A stretch of DNA of 64,000 nt from Sedimentisphaerales bacterium (GTDB lineage: Bacteria; Planctomycetota; Phycisphaerae; Sedimentisphaerales; SM23-30): the NCBI GenBank assembly GCA_963666285.1, contig OY762711.1. The stretch is one strand, 5' to 3'. The notes under the pieces were generated by a model, which searched no databases, was not told the DNA's origin, and saw nothing but the letters and a program-made list of their open reading frames with translations. Below are positions 18,594 through 28,754 of this stretch, one piece after another. Every line of letters starts with the position of its first letter. The stretch's first letter is position 1. A program made the translations under genes and the position numbers.

Positions 18594-19034
18594 TTATTCA
18601 AAAGAGCCGGTAACCTGGCTCTTTTTTTTGTTGGAAGCAAAGGCATCTCTGGTGTGCCTGATTTCTGGCTGAGATTCGGGTGTTAGGATGACCGCGACAA
18701 TATCATAGCGGCAGGGGTGTTTATGCAGTTTATAGCGATTTATGAAATGTCGGGCAGTTTTGATGAGCATTTTTTGCTTATCACGATCAACGGCAGTTTC
18801 TGCGGGATATAAGCCTTCATTGGTACGGGTTTTAACTTCGACGAATACCAGGTCGTGACCGTCCTGCATGACCAGGTCGAGTTCACCTTTGCCGCTGCGG
18901 AAGTTTTTCTTAAGCAGTCGCATTTTCTGTTTACGAAGGTATTTGAGAGCGAGTTTTTCGCCTTTGATGCCAGTTTGGAGATGTTTTGGCTTTTGATGCA
19001 GTATAAATAAGAATTTGGACCATAGTTTGAACAT
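18594..19034 (-). CDS. yraN: YraN/UPF0102 family nuclease-like protein
   Basis: G..GE..A..YL, GELDLV, LVFVEVKTR, CRYDIV. Confidence 0.93.
   Translation of the reverse strand: MFKLWSKFLFILHQKPKHLQTGIKGEKLALKYLRKQKMRLLKKNFRSGKGELDLVMQDGHDLVFVEVKTRTNEGLYPAETAVDRDKQKMLIKTARHFINRYKLHKHPCRYDIVAVILTPESQPEIRHTRDAFASNKKKSQVTGSFE
18601..18629 (+). terminator. Intrinsic terminator of yidC (overlaps the yraN 3' end)
   Basis: AAAGAGCCGG-TAA-CCTGGCTCTTTTTTTT. Confidence 0.7.
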
Positions 19035-19037
19035 GAT

Positions 19038-20618
19038 TTAACGTCCAGCTTTTTTGGCAGAAGCTTCCATAAGAATAAAAAATGCCTGACCTTCGGTGGA
19101 GATGCCGGGTTTATTAAATGATGGGGCACCGGCAACACCCTGTACAAATCCTAACCGGTCAATTTTGGTTCTGACAGCATTTCGCATTTTGTCTGCATGA
19201 TGAAGGTAGGAAGTTGGCAGCCAGCCGCCTCGTACACTTTCATAGATAGCATATGCGAGCATTGATGCCAAGTTGGTCTCTACATAGGTAGAAGGATCAT
19301 TAACGTAATCGTGGAAGAGCCCATCTTCGCGTTGATAGGAGATACAGCTATCGACCAGATCCTTTAGCATGGCTGAAAGTTTGACTCTTTCAGCTACATG
19401 TTCAGGCGGAAGAGAGCGTATGACCTGTGTGATACCTGCTGCCGTCCAGCCGCAGCCGCCACCCCAGAATGCCGGATCGGTCATTTTGTCTTGTTTTTCA
19501 GACCAGCGATGATGCATAAGCTTTTTGTCATTGTCCCATAGCCTTTGATGAACGCCTAATAGATGAGTGACAGCAGTGTCATATTTATGGGCAGCAGCAA
19601 GAAAAGGGGGAGAAGTAAAGCTGCCGTCTGACCAGAACTCTTTTTGATCCGGCTGATGATACGGAGTACCGTCATTAGATCTGGAAGCGTCATTGATTGC
19701 ATACCTAAGCATGTCGTTAGTGGCTTGAAGTAATAATGGATATTGTGTATGTTGTGCTGCCCACCAGAGAGTGCCGCCAAGCATAAGCGGGTCGGTTGGA
19801 GAACCGCCATTGGCTGCCGGTACATTATGGCTGTTTACATGAACAAGTGAAGACCGTGCCAAAGCGATAGCAGCGTCAAGTTCGCCGGCTTCTATAAGTG
19901 CCTGTCCGGCGATTCCCTGTTCCCATGAAGCACGCTGAAATCCCATCATCGCTTGAAAAGCCTTGTCGATAATCGGATTGTTACGCAGTTCGCGGGCAAA
20001 TTGCGGGGCGGCAACATATTCGAATTCCGGAGCATAACGTCCCCAGGCTTCAAATTCGCAAAGAGCACACCATTTATCTTCTACTGGTTTGAGCTCAGTA
20101 AGAAGCAGCCATCGAATAATTTTTTTAGGGAAAGTAAACTGCTGGCCGGATGCTGTTTGATTGAGCTTTAACTGTAAGCGTGATCCATCAGAAAAAATAA
20201 CAACCGCATCATTCCAAAAAGAGTCATGCGGATTGTCAGGCGGGAACCAAGCAGCACGGAGATAAAGTACTATTTTGTCAATTTCAACAGGGCGGCCAAA
20301 GTCAAGTTTCCACCATATGTCAGGGGCTTTTTGAGGCCCCCAGGATCCGCACTGGTGTACGCTATCATTTTTAGGGCTGCCGTCAATGGCGCAACGAGCG
20401 GCGAATTCAGCTTTATTATATTCACTGTTGCTGGTTGCATGAGGGAACGAAGAAGGCTCGGCCTGGTTTGAAGCGTTAGGGTTTAAGGCAAGGTTGCGGT
20501 AATCATTGAGCAGAATTATATTATTCTGATTTTCTGAAATGTTTGCTGAGCTGTTTGCGGTAGCGATGCTATATGTAGAAAGAAATAATATAGTCAGGAT
20601 TGTACTAAAATAATTCAT
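19038..20618 (-). CDS. Secreted discoidin/F5-8-type CBM + GH88/GH105 unsaturated glycuronyl hydrolase
   Basis: AIDG..W..WWKLDFG (discoidin); SWEQG, FWSDG..PP, FWGGGCGW, QREDGLFH, ETNLASM. Confidence 0.85.
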   Translation of the reverse strand: MNYFSTILTILFLSTYSIATANSSANISENQNNIILLNDYRNLALNPNASNQAEPSSFPHATSNSEYNKAEFAARCAIDGSPKNDSVHQCGSWGPQKAPDIWWKLDFGRPVEIDKIVLYLRAAWFPPDNPHDSFWNDAVVIFSDGSRLQLKLNQTASGQQFTFPKKIIRWLLLTELKPVEDKWCALCEFEAWGRYAPEFEYVAAPQFARELRNNPIIDKAFQAMMGFQRASWEQGIAGQALIEAGELDAAIALARSSLVHVNSHNVPAANGGSPTDPLMLGGTLWWAAQHTQYPLLLQATNDMLRYAINDASRSNDGTPYHQPDQKEFWSDGSFTSPPFLAAAHKYDTAVTHLLGVHQRLWDNDKKLMHHRWSEKQDKMTDPAFWGGGCGWTAAGITQVIRSLPPEHVAERVKLSAMLKDLVDSCISYQREDGLFHDYVNDPSTYVETNLASMLAYAIYESVRGGWLPTSYLHHADKMRNAVRTKIDRLGFVQGVAGAPSFNKPGISTEGQAFFILMEASAKKAGR

Positions 20619-20700
20619 GAGGCACTATATTCCTTTGAAACGATACGAATCTTAGTGAACCATAATTACAATAGTAAGTGTGAAAAGCCGGCGAGTCAAA

Positions 20701-20731
20701 TAAAAAAAGGATGGAAACAAGTTCCATCCTT
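20701..20731 (-). terminator. Intrinsic terminator after rplS
   Basis: AAGGATGGAA/TTCCATCCTT hairpin with a minus-strand T-run. Confidence 0.8.
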
Positions 20732-20831
20732 AATATTGATATCATATCTTTGATCGAGGAGAGCGCAGTATCTGCGCAAGATCATTATGTAGGTATGCCT
20801 CAATAGTAAATCGGCATACGATAAATGATCA

Positions 20832-21188
20832 TTAGCGTCTGTCTTCGCGAAGACGAACAGCTTTACCAACACGATCGCGCAGGAAGTAAAGCTTAGCTCT
20901 GCGAGTTCTACCGGAGCGAATAACTTCAACTTTCTCAACGTTTGGAGAATAGATAGGGAAGATACGCTCGATACCTTCGTTATTGGTATTAGTGATACGT
21001 CTTACAGTGAACACTTCGTTAATGCCTGAGCCTTTACGAGATATAACAGTGCCGTTGAAAAGCTGGGTACGAACCTTTTCACCTTCAACTATACGCACAT
21101 GCACATTAACAGTGTCACCGATATCAAACTGATGTTTTTCGCGTTTGATCTGGCCCTGCTCAAATTTTGCAATTAATGGTGATGTCAT
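20832..21188 (-). CDS. rplS: 50S ribosomal protein L19
   Basis: GDTV.VH.RI.EG, FTVRRI, GIERIFP, RRAKLYFLR; AAGGAG precedes ATG at 21188. Confidence 0.97.
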   Translation of the reverse strand: MTSPLIAKFEQGQIKREKHQFDIGDTVNVHVRIVEGEKVRTQLFNGTVISRKGSGINEVFTVRRITNTNNEGIERIFPIYSPNVEKVEVIRSGRTRRAKLYFLRDRVGKAVRLREDRR

Positions 21189-21226
21189 TTTTTTACTCCT
21201 TGCCAAAGGGCAATATCAATAAGTTG

Positions 21227-21922
21227 TTATTTTAAATTGTCAATATCATTTAATAAGTCAGGCCGTCGCTGTTTAGTTCTGTCCAGTCTCTGGTTATGCC
21301 TCCATTTTTCAATTTCGGCATGGTTACCGCTAAGCAAAATATCCGGTACCTTGCGGCCTCTAAAATCCGCGGGCCTGGTATATTGCGGATATTCAAGAAG
21401 CCCATCGGAAAAAGATTCTTCAACAGAAGAACAGTCATCTCCTAGAGCTCCCGGCATCAGCCTGGTAACAGCGTCGACAATCGTCATTGCCGGAAGTTCA
21501 CCGCCGGAAAGAACAAAGTCACCAATGGATAATTCCATTGTAGCCAATTCTGTCCTGATCCGCTCATCAAAGCCTTCATAATGGCCGGCGATGAGAATAA
21601 TGCGTTTTTTCTTGCTGAATTCAAATGCAGTTTCCTGATTGAATTTTTTTCCTTGCGGAGTCATGAGAACTATTTCGTCAGCCGGTTCGCCTTGAGATTG
21701 TAAATCGTCAATAGCTTTGAAAATCGGCTCACACATCAGCACCATGCCAGGTCCTCCGCCGTAAGGGGCATCATCAACTTTACGATAATTTCCTTCGGCG
21801 TAGTCACGTATATTGGTAAAAAAAATCTCAACAAGTGCGTTATCACGTGCACGTTTGATAATCGATTCACCAAAAGGACCTTCAAACATTGAAGGAAATA
21901 AAGTGACTATGTCAAATCGCAT
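21227..21922 (-). CDS. trmD: tRNA (guanine37-N1)-methyltransferase
   Basis: [41 protein letters not shown]. Confidence 0.98.
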   Translation of the reverse strand: MRFDIVTLFPSMFEGPFGESIIKRARDNALVEIFFTNIRDYAEGNYRKVDDAPYGGGPGMVLMCEPIFKAIDDLQSQGEPADEIVLMTPQGKKFNQETAFEFSKKKRIILIAGHYEGFDERIRTELATMELSIGDFVLSGGELPAMTIVDAVTRLMPGALGDDCSSVEESFSDGLLEYPQYTRPADFRGRKVPDILLSGNHAEIEKWRHNQRLDRTKQRRPDLLNDIDNLK

Positions 21923-21954
21923 TATTACAGCAATCTATCGATAAAAGTGCTAGT

Positions 21955-22206
21955 TTAGTTTTTAGTGATGCCAGCTTTTTTCAGCATATTTGCAACAGTA
22001 TCAGTTGCAATAGCACCCTGGCTCAGCCAATGGCGTATACGATCTTCTTTCAGAACCAACTGTCTGGAAGATTCTTTAGCAATTGGGTTATAGTAGCCAA
22101 CTTCTTCGATGACCTTGCCGTCACGAGGGCTGCGAGAGTCCATTACGCTAACGCGGTAGAAGGGGGCATGCCTTCTGCCCATTCTTTTAAGTCTGATCTT
22201 TACCAA
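21955..22206 (-). CDS. rpsP: 30S ribosomal protein S16
   Basis: [29 protein letters not shown] start with AAGGAG. Confidence 0.98.
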   Translation of the reverse strand: MVKIRLKRMGRRHAPFYRVSVMDSRSPRDGKVIEEVGYYNPIAKESSRQLVLKEDRIRHWLSQGAIATDTVANMLKKAGITKN

Positions 22207-22242
22207 GTTTTAATCTCCTTAAAACTATTTATTTGTTACTTT

Positions 22243-22563
22243 TTATACCTGGCTGTTTTTTCTAGCCAGTACAAATCCGTTTATAAGAATCGCCGCAATG
22301 CCGCGGTCACATTGTGCCCTTGAGGCGATATCTTCAATATCATTATCGTCAAGCAGTTCAGGTCTGGCTTTTTCACTATCAGCCATTACCTCTGCGATTC
22401 TGCAAAGCTGATGGTACTCTTCTTCGGTCGGAGCTTTTAGCATGGCAAGTTCAGCGGTTCCTCGTGTGTCACGAAACTGATTTCTAAACTGCATGCCGAA
22501 TCTGCTTTGTCGGAAACGACCAATCTGGTCAAGAAACATCTCGATTGTCAGGTCTGATTCCAT
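22243..22563 (-). CDS. Stand-alone divergent SRP54/Ffh M-domain-like protein
   Basis: Manual gap-free alignment to the M domain of the adjacent Ffh (T..FL.Q; M...E...P......IA.........L...F...R). Confidence 0.7.
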   Translation of the reverse strand: MESDLTIEMFLDQIGRFRQSRFGMQFRNQFRDTRGTAELAMLKAPTEEEYHQLCRIAEVMADSEKARPELLDDNDIEDIASRAQCDRGIAAILINGFVLARKNSQV

Positions 22564-22628
22564 TTTAATTAACTATTCAGTTTTGACTATTTCACTTCAA
22601 GTCTGCAAGTTAAGTCAAGGCTTGAAGA

Positions 22629-24104
22629 TTACCTTTTTTTGTTCTTTTTAGGCCTCTTTTTGCGTTCGACTTTTTTCCGTTTAGAACGCTGTCGGACTTT
22701 TCCGCCGGGGCCGCCCATCCCTAAGCCAGGCATTCCACCCATATCACCAAGGTCACCCATGTCGCCGCCCATAGCACCACCAAGCCCTTTTAGAGCTTTC
22801 ATTTTGCCAAGTGGTCCCATGCCGCTCATCATCTGCATCATCTGGCGTGACTGTCGGAAAGTTTTAAGAAGCCCGGCAACCTCATTTTGTTCACTACCGC
22901 TTCCAGCAGCGATACGTCTACGTCTGGAAGGAGAGATAATGTCCGGTTCTCGTCGTTCTTCTTTGGTCATTGACTGAATCATAGCTTCTATGCGTTTGAT
23001 TTCTCTATCGTCAATGTCGATATTTTTCATTGCCTGCCCCATTCCAGGCAGAAGTTTCATAATACTTTTAAGACCGCCCATGTTTTTCATAGCATTCATC
23101 TGTTTCAGGAAATCGTCAAAGGTAAATGTCCCTTTGGCCATTTTTTCCTGAAGTTTGAGCGATTCTTCTTCGTCGAACTGTTCCTGAGCCTTTTCCACCA
23201 GGCTGACAACATCACCCATGCCAAGGATTCTGCCGGCCATTCTATCAGGATGGAATTCTTCCAGGTTATCAAGTTTTTCACCGACACCAATATATTTGAT
23301 CGGTTTGCCGGTAACGGCTTTTACGCTAAGAGCAGCACCGCCACGAGCATCACCATCAAGTTTGGTAAGAATAACGCCGTCAAGTTCCAGCTGTTCGTTG
23401 AATTCCTTGGCACTGTTGACAGCGTCCTGACCAGTCATGGCATCACAGACGAGGAAAATCTGGTGCGGATTGACGGCCTTACATATATTGCCCAGCTCGG
23501 TCATAAGCTCTGTGTCAATATGCAGACGACCGGCGGTATCGAGTATAACTACATCTCGATTTTGATCTTTAGCATGTTTGACAGCATCTTTGCAAACTGC
23601 AACAGCGTCTTTTGTGTCTTCTCGGCTAAAAACCGGAATATTGAGCTGGTTGCCAAGAGTTTTTAACTGTTGTATAGCAGCAGGTCGCTGCAGGTCGACA
23701 GCGGTAAGTAAAGGTTTTTTTCCTTTTTTGACAAGGAAGTTTGCCAATTTTCCACAAGTAGTAGTTTTACCACTACCTTGCAAACCAGCAAGCATGATGA
23801 CGGTAGGGCCGGGAGAGACATAATATATCTCGTTATCGACAGGCCCCATCAATTCGGTAAGTTCGTCGTTTACAATTTTAACCATCAACTCGCCCGGTTT
23901 TAGCGACTTGATGACTTCGGCGCCTATTGCTTTTTGGGAGACAGTTTCACAGAAGTCTTTAACTACCTTATAGTTAACGTCAGCTTCCAGCAATGCGGTA
24001 CGCACTTCTTTCATTGCGTCCCGGACATTATCCTCGCTGATTTTTCCACGACCGCTGAGGCCGCGAAATACATTGCCAAATTTTTCTGTTAAAGCGTCAA
24101 ACAC
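22629..24104 (-). CDS. ffh: Signal recognition particle protein
   Basis: [39 protein letters not shown]-rich and basic tail. Confidence 0.98.
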   Translation of the reverse strand: MFDALTEKFGNVFRGLSGRGKISEDNVRDAMKEVRTALLEADVNYKVVKDFCETVSQKAIGAEVIKSLKPGELMVKIVNDELTELMGPVDNEIYYVSPGPTVIMLAGLQGSGKTTTCGKLANFLVKKGKKPLLTAVDLQRPAAIQQLKTLGNQLNIPVFSREDTKDAVAVCKDAVKHAKDQNRDVVILDTAGRLHIDTELMTELGNICKAVNPHQIFLVCDAMTGQDAVNSAKEFNEQLELDGVILTKLDGDARGGAALSVKAVTGKPIKYIGVGEKLDNLEEFHPDRMAGRILGMGDVVSLVEKAQEQFDEEESLKLQEKMAKGTFTFDDFLKQMNAMKNMGGLKSIMKLLPGMGQAMKNIDIDDREIKRIEAMIQSMTKEERREPDIISPSRRRRIAAGSGSEQNEVAGLLKTFRQSRQMMQMMSGMGPLGKMKALKGLGGAMGGDMGDLGDMGGMPGLGMGGPGGKVRQRSKRKKVERKKRPKKNKKR

Positions 24105-25068
24105 TTACTCTTGCTCCATTTATATAACTATAAGCGCACAATCTATCCGCAGGGATAGAACAGCAAATGATACAGAAAAACAAAGTACAAATCAAGAGGA
24201 AAAGATAACTTATATGATAAAAGTCAATAAAATTGACCGTCGGCCAATATTGTAAAATAAATATTGTGTGATCTAAAGAATAAATGTGAAAAAAAACAGA
24301 TTTGAAATCTGAAAACCCGACTAAGGTAAAGAATTAAATGGAAGCCTACTTCAATTTAAGGAGTTTACCTTAGCGAATTTGTGCCGATTTTACTACTTAG
24401 AAAAAGATGTTTGTGTAATATATAAAAAATAGGGAAACTAGTTGTTTGAGGCTAAAAATGAGGTAAAAATCTGTTTTTTGTTCTGTTTGGCATAAGTCTT
24501 TTATTTACATAGTAATATGAGTTGTTGAATTCAAAGTGAAAGGATCTGGTATGTAAGATACAAGCTTTGGAAGTTTTAATTTACCTATCCAGTATATCTT
24601 ATAAATATCTGTCATATATGTTTTTATAGGATGTTGTTGTTTGCGGAAGGTCGCAAAAGTAAATTCATTATTGCTCTCTAATGCATTATTAATAACAAGT
24701 GCAGGTCCTATAAATGTTTTGGTGTTGGAAATTAATATGCTTTTAATATTGACAATATTAGAGTTTTGTGTTAAATATATGTTGGTTTTACTATATAAGA
24801 GAATTATTTGCAGTGAGTGCACCCTCTTATATGTATTGAGAATACAGTCTCTTGCTTTTGCTTGAGGCCGAGTAAAGAACAGGGCAGAAAACTTTGATTG
24901 ATATGGTGGAAGTCTATTAGAGTGTTGTGGCCTTTTTCTTTGCTGACTATATTTATTTGGTTTTTGCCTGTACTATGGCCAGGCATTACAGCTATATAAG
25001 ATAGTTAAAGTTTGATAATTATATGGCCTAAAACACATGTTGGTGGCTATACTTAAAATAGGTTAAGA

Positions 25069-25863
25069 ATGAGAAAACTTTTTTTGACAATTTTAATTGT
25101 ACTATATTTTAGTGCAAATTCTTCAGCTAACATCACTTATGTGAGTGATTCGGTTTTTGGGGAAGATTCAATTATAAGTCAGAAGGAAGTGTCTGATAAA
25201 TTTGGTGTAGATGATGAATTTCTTTACCCCCACAGTTTATCAGTTACTTCATTGTTTCCTGGAAATAATCTAAATGTTTATTTAGAAAGAGTTACCGCCG
25301 GTTCTGATTGTGTTGAATTTGGTAGTGCTGCGGTTCCATTTAATTATGGCAGTGTGAATAGAATATATGACATAAGTAAGGATTTGCTTATGTTTGGTGA
25401 TTCTGCTTATGTAAAAGCAGAAGAAGTGTTATATCTTTCGAAGAATGAAATAAGCCATAAAAGATTTCAACTTTCTGCAGGGCCGGGTGCATTGGCATTA
25501 TTTATTACTGGTATTGCATGTTATTTTGTACTTGTGAACATTAAGTGGATATTCTCTGCTATCGCTTTTGGTCTCATGTTTGGGATTACAGGTGTTAAGC
25601 GTGTTCCTTATTATTTGCGATCATGCTATGGCGAGTTTGCCGGTAAAGTTTTGAATAAAAATGCAGTATTTTCAGGTTTAGTATTTGAAGGTGTCGTGCA
25701 TAGTATTCATTCAGTTGAAACAGGTTTTGCCGGGCTATTGAAAAAAATAGCTTCAAAATCGGGTTTTATTGGGAATGGAAATTCAAGAAATCAAGATAAT
25801 AATAATCTTAATTGGTATGAGATACTGACGCGTCAAATGTTCGTCATTGGTGCGTCTTTTTAA
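25069..25863 (+). CDS. Membrane/exported hypothetical protein with an internal PEP-CTERM-like segment
   Basis: Signal peptide; AGPGALALFITG hydrophobic segment resembles the VPAPGA sorting signals downstream. Confidence 0.55.
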   Translation: MRKLFLTILIVLYFSANSSANITYVSDSVFGEDSIISQKEVSDKFGVDDEFLYPHSLSVTSLFPGNNLNVYLERVTAGSDCVEFGSAAVPFNYGSVNRIYDISKDLLMFGDSAYVKAEEVLYLSKNEISHKRFQLSAGPGALALFITGIACYFVLVNIKWIFSAIAFGLMFGITGVKRVPYYLRSCYGEFAGKVLNKNAVFSGLVFEGVVHSIHSVETGFAGLLKKIASKSGFIGNGNSRNQDNNNLNWYEILTRQMFVIGASF

Positions 25864-25978
25864 TGCGCTTTGAAAAGTTAATATTGAATAAAGGAGAATT
25901 GTTATGCCTGAAAAGGGGTATCTTAGAAATAATTTTCATGGATATAGCCAGGTTTGTTATTTCTAAATGTCAGGCATC

Positions 25979-26000
25979 AGGCTGCTTCCGACTGGCAGTG
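25979..26000 (+). promoter_or_regulatory. Conserved leader hairpin motif, copy 1
   Basis: AGGCTGCTTCCGACTGGCAGT; near-identical copy at about 28507-28527. Confidence 0.5.
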
Positions 26001-26294
26001 ATATAGAAGCATATTTTTTAAAAAAGAATATGCTTGATAGATTTAGAAGAGAAAGAGAATAAATAAATTGAACCAATCAGGTTTTCCTGAGTCATTTATT
26101 GAGTTTATTGAGTTTTTCAAACTTAATATATAAGGTCGGCAACTTTCTTTTCTTTAGCTTTTGTTGCTGTTGAGATTTTAGAGCTACAAAAGAAAAAATA
26201 TAACGTTTCGGAATATAATTTGTGTCCTTTTAATTCTCAAAACGAGTGTTTTGGGAGAAAACAATTTATTGATTTTATTAAAGGAGATTTTATT

Positions 26295-26930
26295 ATGAGG
26301 AAGTTTTTAATTTTGGCAATGATATTTGCCGTAAGCACTGTAGCAAGTGCCAGTTTTACTTACACTTATAGTGAATTGTCAAGCTTGGTATTTACCGATC
26401 AGGCGTTATCTCTCACAGGTTTTGATCTGAAAACAAGTGCGGATCTAGCTCCTTTAGTAGGTAGTAGTGCTCCAACGTATCAAGACGATACAGCAATGAC
26501 TGGCCAGTATGGTTATTATTCTGGCCTCCTTGACAATGGTTCGACATCAGACCCTGACGCGCAATATGCTACAATTGGTACTAATGTAACTGTGGCCGAT
26601 TCATTATTCACATTGAGTGTTTTCAATGATAATGATGATCTTTGGGGTTACATGCTTTATGCGACTGATGGCACAACTTTAGTTAAAAATGCTGATTTTG
26701 TGTGGGTTGCTGGAAATGGAACAACTACTGTCCCTTCTCCAGGTACTGTACTTACCCTTGATCTTTCATCTTTTGCGGTAAATGCTAATGTAGAGATAGG
26801 TCTTGCAATTGCAGCAGGCGCTGATTCCGATGTATTCCATACATCTATGACTGTTCCAGCTCCAGGTGCGATTCTTCTTGCGGGTATTGGCACTAGTCTT
26901 GTTGGATTAGTTCGTCGTCGTACACTGTAA
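26295..26930 (+). CDS. PEP-CTERM (VPAPG variant) surface protein, family A copy 1
   Basis: AAGGAG RBS; signal peptide; C-terminal VPAPGAILLAGIGTSLVGLVRRRTL. Confidence 0.9.
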   Translation: MRKFLILAMIFAVSTVASASFTYTYSELSSLVFTDQALSLTGFDLKTSADLAPLVGSSAPTYQDDTAMTGQYGYYSGLLDNGSTSDPDAQYATIGTNVTVADSLFTLSVFNDNDDLWGYMLYATDGTTLVKNADFVWVAGNGTTTVPSPGTVLTLDLSSFAVNANVEIGLAIAAGADSDVFHTSMTVPAPGAILLAGIGTSLVGLVRRRTL

Positions 26931-27048
26931 TTTTGTTTTATTTAGTGGGGTGTTTTTCATCTCGCTCTCGATTTTTTTAAATTTCTTTATATATAGTATT
27001 TTATGCTATTTAATTTAGAAATTTTGTGTATTTTAAGGAGAAATAGTT

Positions 27049-27771
27049 ATGAAAAAACTATTACTTATATTGTTAATACTATTTCCCGTACTGGCGACTA
27101 ATGCAGGACTGGACTATAAATTAGGTGATACGTTTCAGGTTATTATTGAAGGGCCAAACTATGATGGTCTTCCTTATAAGGTTGATGATCTTAGAGATGG
27201 TCTAACTGGAATAGATTTTGAGACATTTTGCGTTGAGAGCCTGTCTGGTTCTGACGAACTTTATTGGCCAGGTAGAACCTATTGGGCGACAATTGATAAT
27301 TCTGTTTATTATTCACCTGATCCTGATGGAGTTGTTTATCTGACAGATGATACTCGCAAATTGTATGCAGCTTTTGTTAATGGTTATGATTATACCGGCA
27401 ACGGATATAGTTACAATGCTTTACAAACAGCAATCTGGTATTCTTTGTCAGGTAATAATGATGATAATGCATTAGATGATCCATACGACAAGGTTGCTGA
27501 TACTAATTTAGCATATCAAACCTATTTTGATAACTTGCTTAATAGTATTTCGTCATTTACAACCGGCTATGAACGTGTGAAGGTATTAAATATCTGGGGA
27601 CCTGCTTCTATCAGTGTGACAGGAGCAGCGGATGAATACATATATGATGTAAATCCAGATTTATTTGATCGTCAATCACAACTTGTAATGACGGTTCCAG
27701 CTCCTGGTGCAATATTGTTGGCAGGTGTTGGGACAGCTTTTGTCGGTATTATTCGCCGCCGTTCAATGTGA
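27049..27771 (+). CDS. PEP-CTERM protein with thioester-domain-like motifs, family B copy 1
   Basis: TFCVE ... LQTAIW ... RQSQLV, then VPAPGA-TM-RRR. Confidence 0.85.
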   Translation: MKKLLLILLILFPVLATNAGLDYKLGDTFQVIIEGPNYDGLPYKVDDLRDGLTGIDFETFCVESLSGSDELYWPGRTYWATIDNSVYYSPDPDGVVYLTDDTRKLYAAFVNGYDYTGNGYSYNALQTAIWYSLSGNNDDNALDDPYDKVADTNLAYQTYFDNLLNSISSFTTGYERVKVLNIWGPASISVTGAADEYIYDVNPDLFDRQSQLVMTVPAPGAILLAGVGTAFVGIIRRRSM

Positions 27772-27833
27772 GCCTAATAAAATAGTTTTCATATTGAATA
27801 AATAAGTTTTTTTGGAAATGAAGATTTGATTTT

Positions 27834-27865
27834 GAGACTGATGCACTGTATCAGTCTCTTTTTTT
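27834..27865 (+). terminator. Intrinsic terminator
   Basis: GAGACTGAT...ATCAGTCTC followed by a T-run. Confidence 0.8.
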
Positions 27866-28218
27866 TCGGTATGATTTTAAATTTATATATGGGTTGCGAT
27901 GGTTTAAATCGTAAGCCGATGGTAAGTATATTAGGGCGATGTACGGTAGATAAGGAGAGGTATTGTGTAAGTATGGTTGGCTCTGGAAAAGGGGTGGTAT
28001 GCAGATAAAATACTGTAATTGAATAAGAAATGTTTTGAAAATATAATATATAGCAATAGTATTTCTGAATTTCCGCTTAAATGGGTATGTCAAGTCTGGA
28101 TAGTTTATGATATATTTAACGATTATTTAAGTCGTAGATATTCAAAATAGTCAAAATTTTGCCGATAATTTAGGCAATGTGTAGTGGTTGTATAATTTGC
28201 TAATTATTTCAAAATAGA

Positions 28219-28293
28219 TTTTTTTTTTTTTTTTAGCTTTTGCAAAGTGAAACTGATTTTATCTTTGACATGTTCTTTCTTTTTTTATATTAT
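28219..28293 (+). promoter_or_regulatory. T16 tract followed by a sigma70-like promoter
   Basis: 16 T at 28219-28234; TTGACA (28265)-17 nt-TATTAT (28288). Confidence 0.6.
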
Positions 28294-28506
28294 CTACTAA
28301 GCTTAAATACTAAAAATAGTGTTTCGGCTTTATATTGGCTTTGGAGTATGGAGAAAAAGAGAATTCCCTCCTTAATTACTCCCAAATCAGTAAATAGTTT
28401 TATTTGACAAGTAAATATATTAATAGTCTGTTCGAGGTTAACTTAAGATATACTTTTGCCATGAAATAAAATTTCTGGTTTGTCTTAACTGCCAAACAAC
28501 GGGCAA

Positions 28507-28527
28507 GGCTGCTTCCGGCTGGCGGTC
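28507..28527 (+). promoter_or_regulatory. Conserved leader hairpin motif, copy 2
   Basis: AGGCTGCTTCCGGCTGGCGGT. Confidence 0.5.
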
Positions 28528-28754
28528 AAGGGATTCGGGCATACAAACTGATGTTTATGTTGTATATATTTAGAACGAGACATGCCTGACAAAAAATTAG
28601 TAATATTTTTATTGTTAGTCGGCAAGTTTCTTTTATTAAGCTTTTGTATAAATATCACATAGTTGATAGAAACAAAAGAGTTTATAGATATTTAAGATTA
28701 GAATTTAATTTTATAATTAACTTACATTTGAGTTAAGAAGGAAAAGGTGAAAAA

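Noticed and set aside
24260..25060. Short ORFs in the AT-rich ffh upstream region
   Set aside because: Overlapping low-complexity frames with non-ATG starts; no recognisable coding signal
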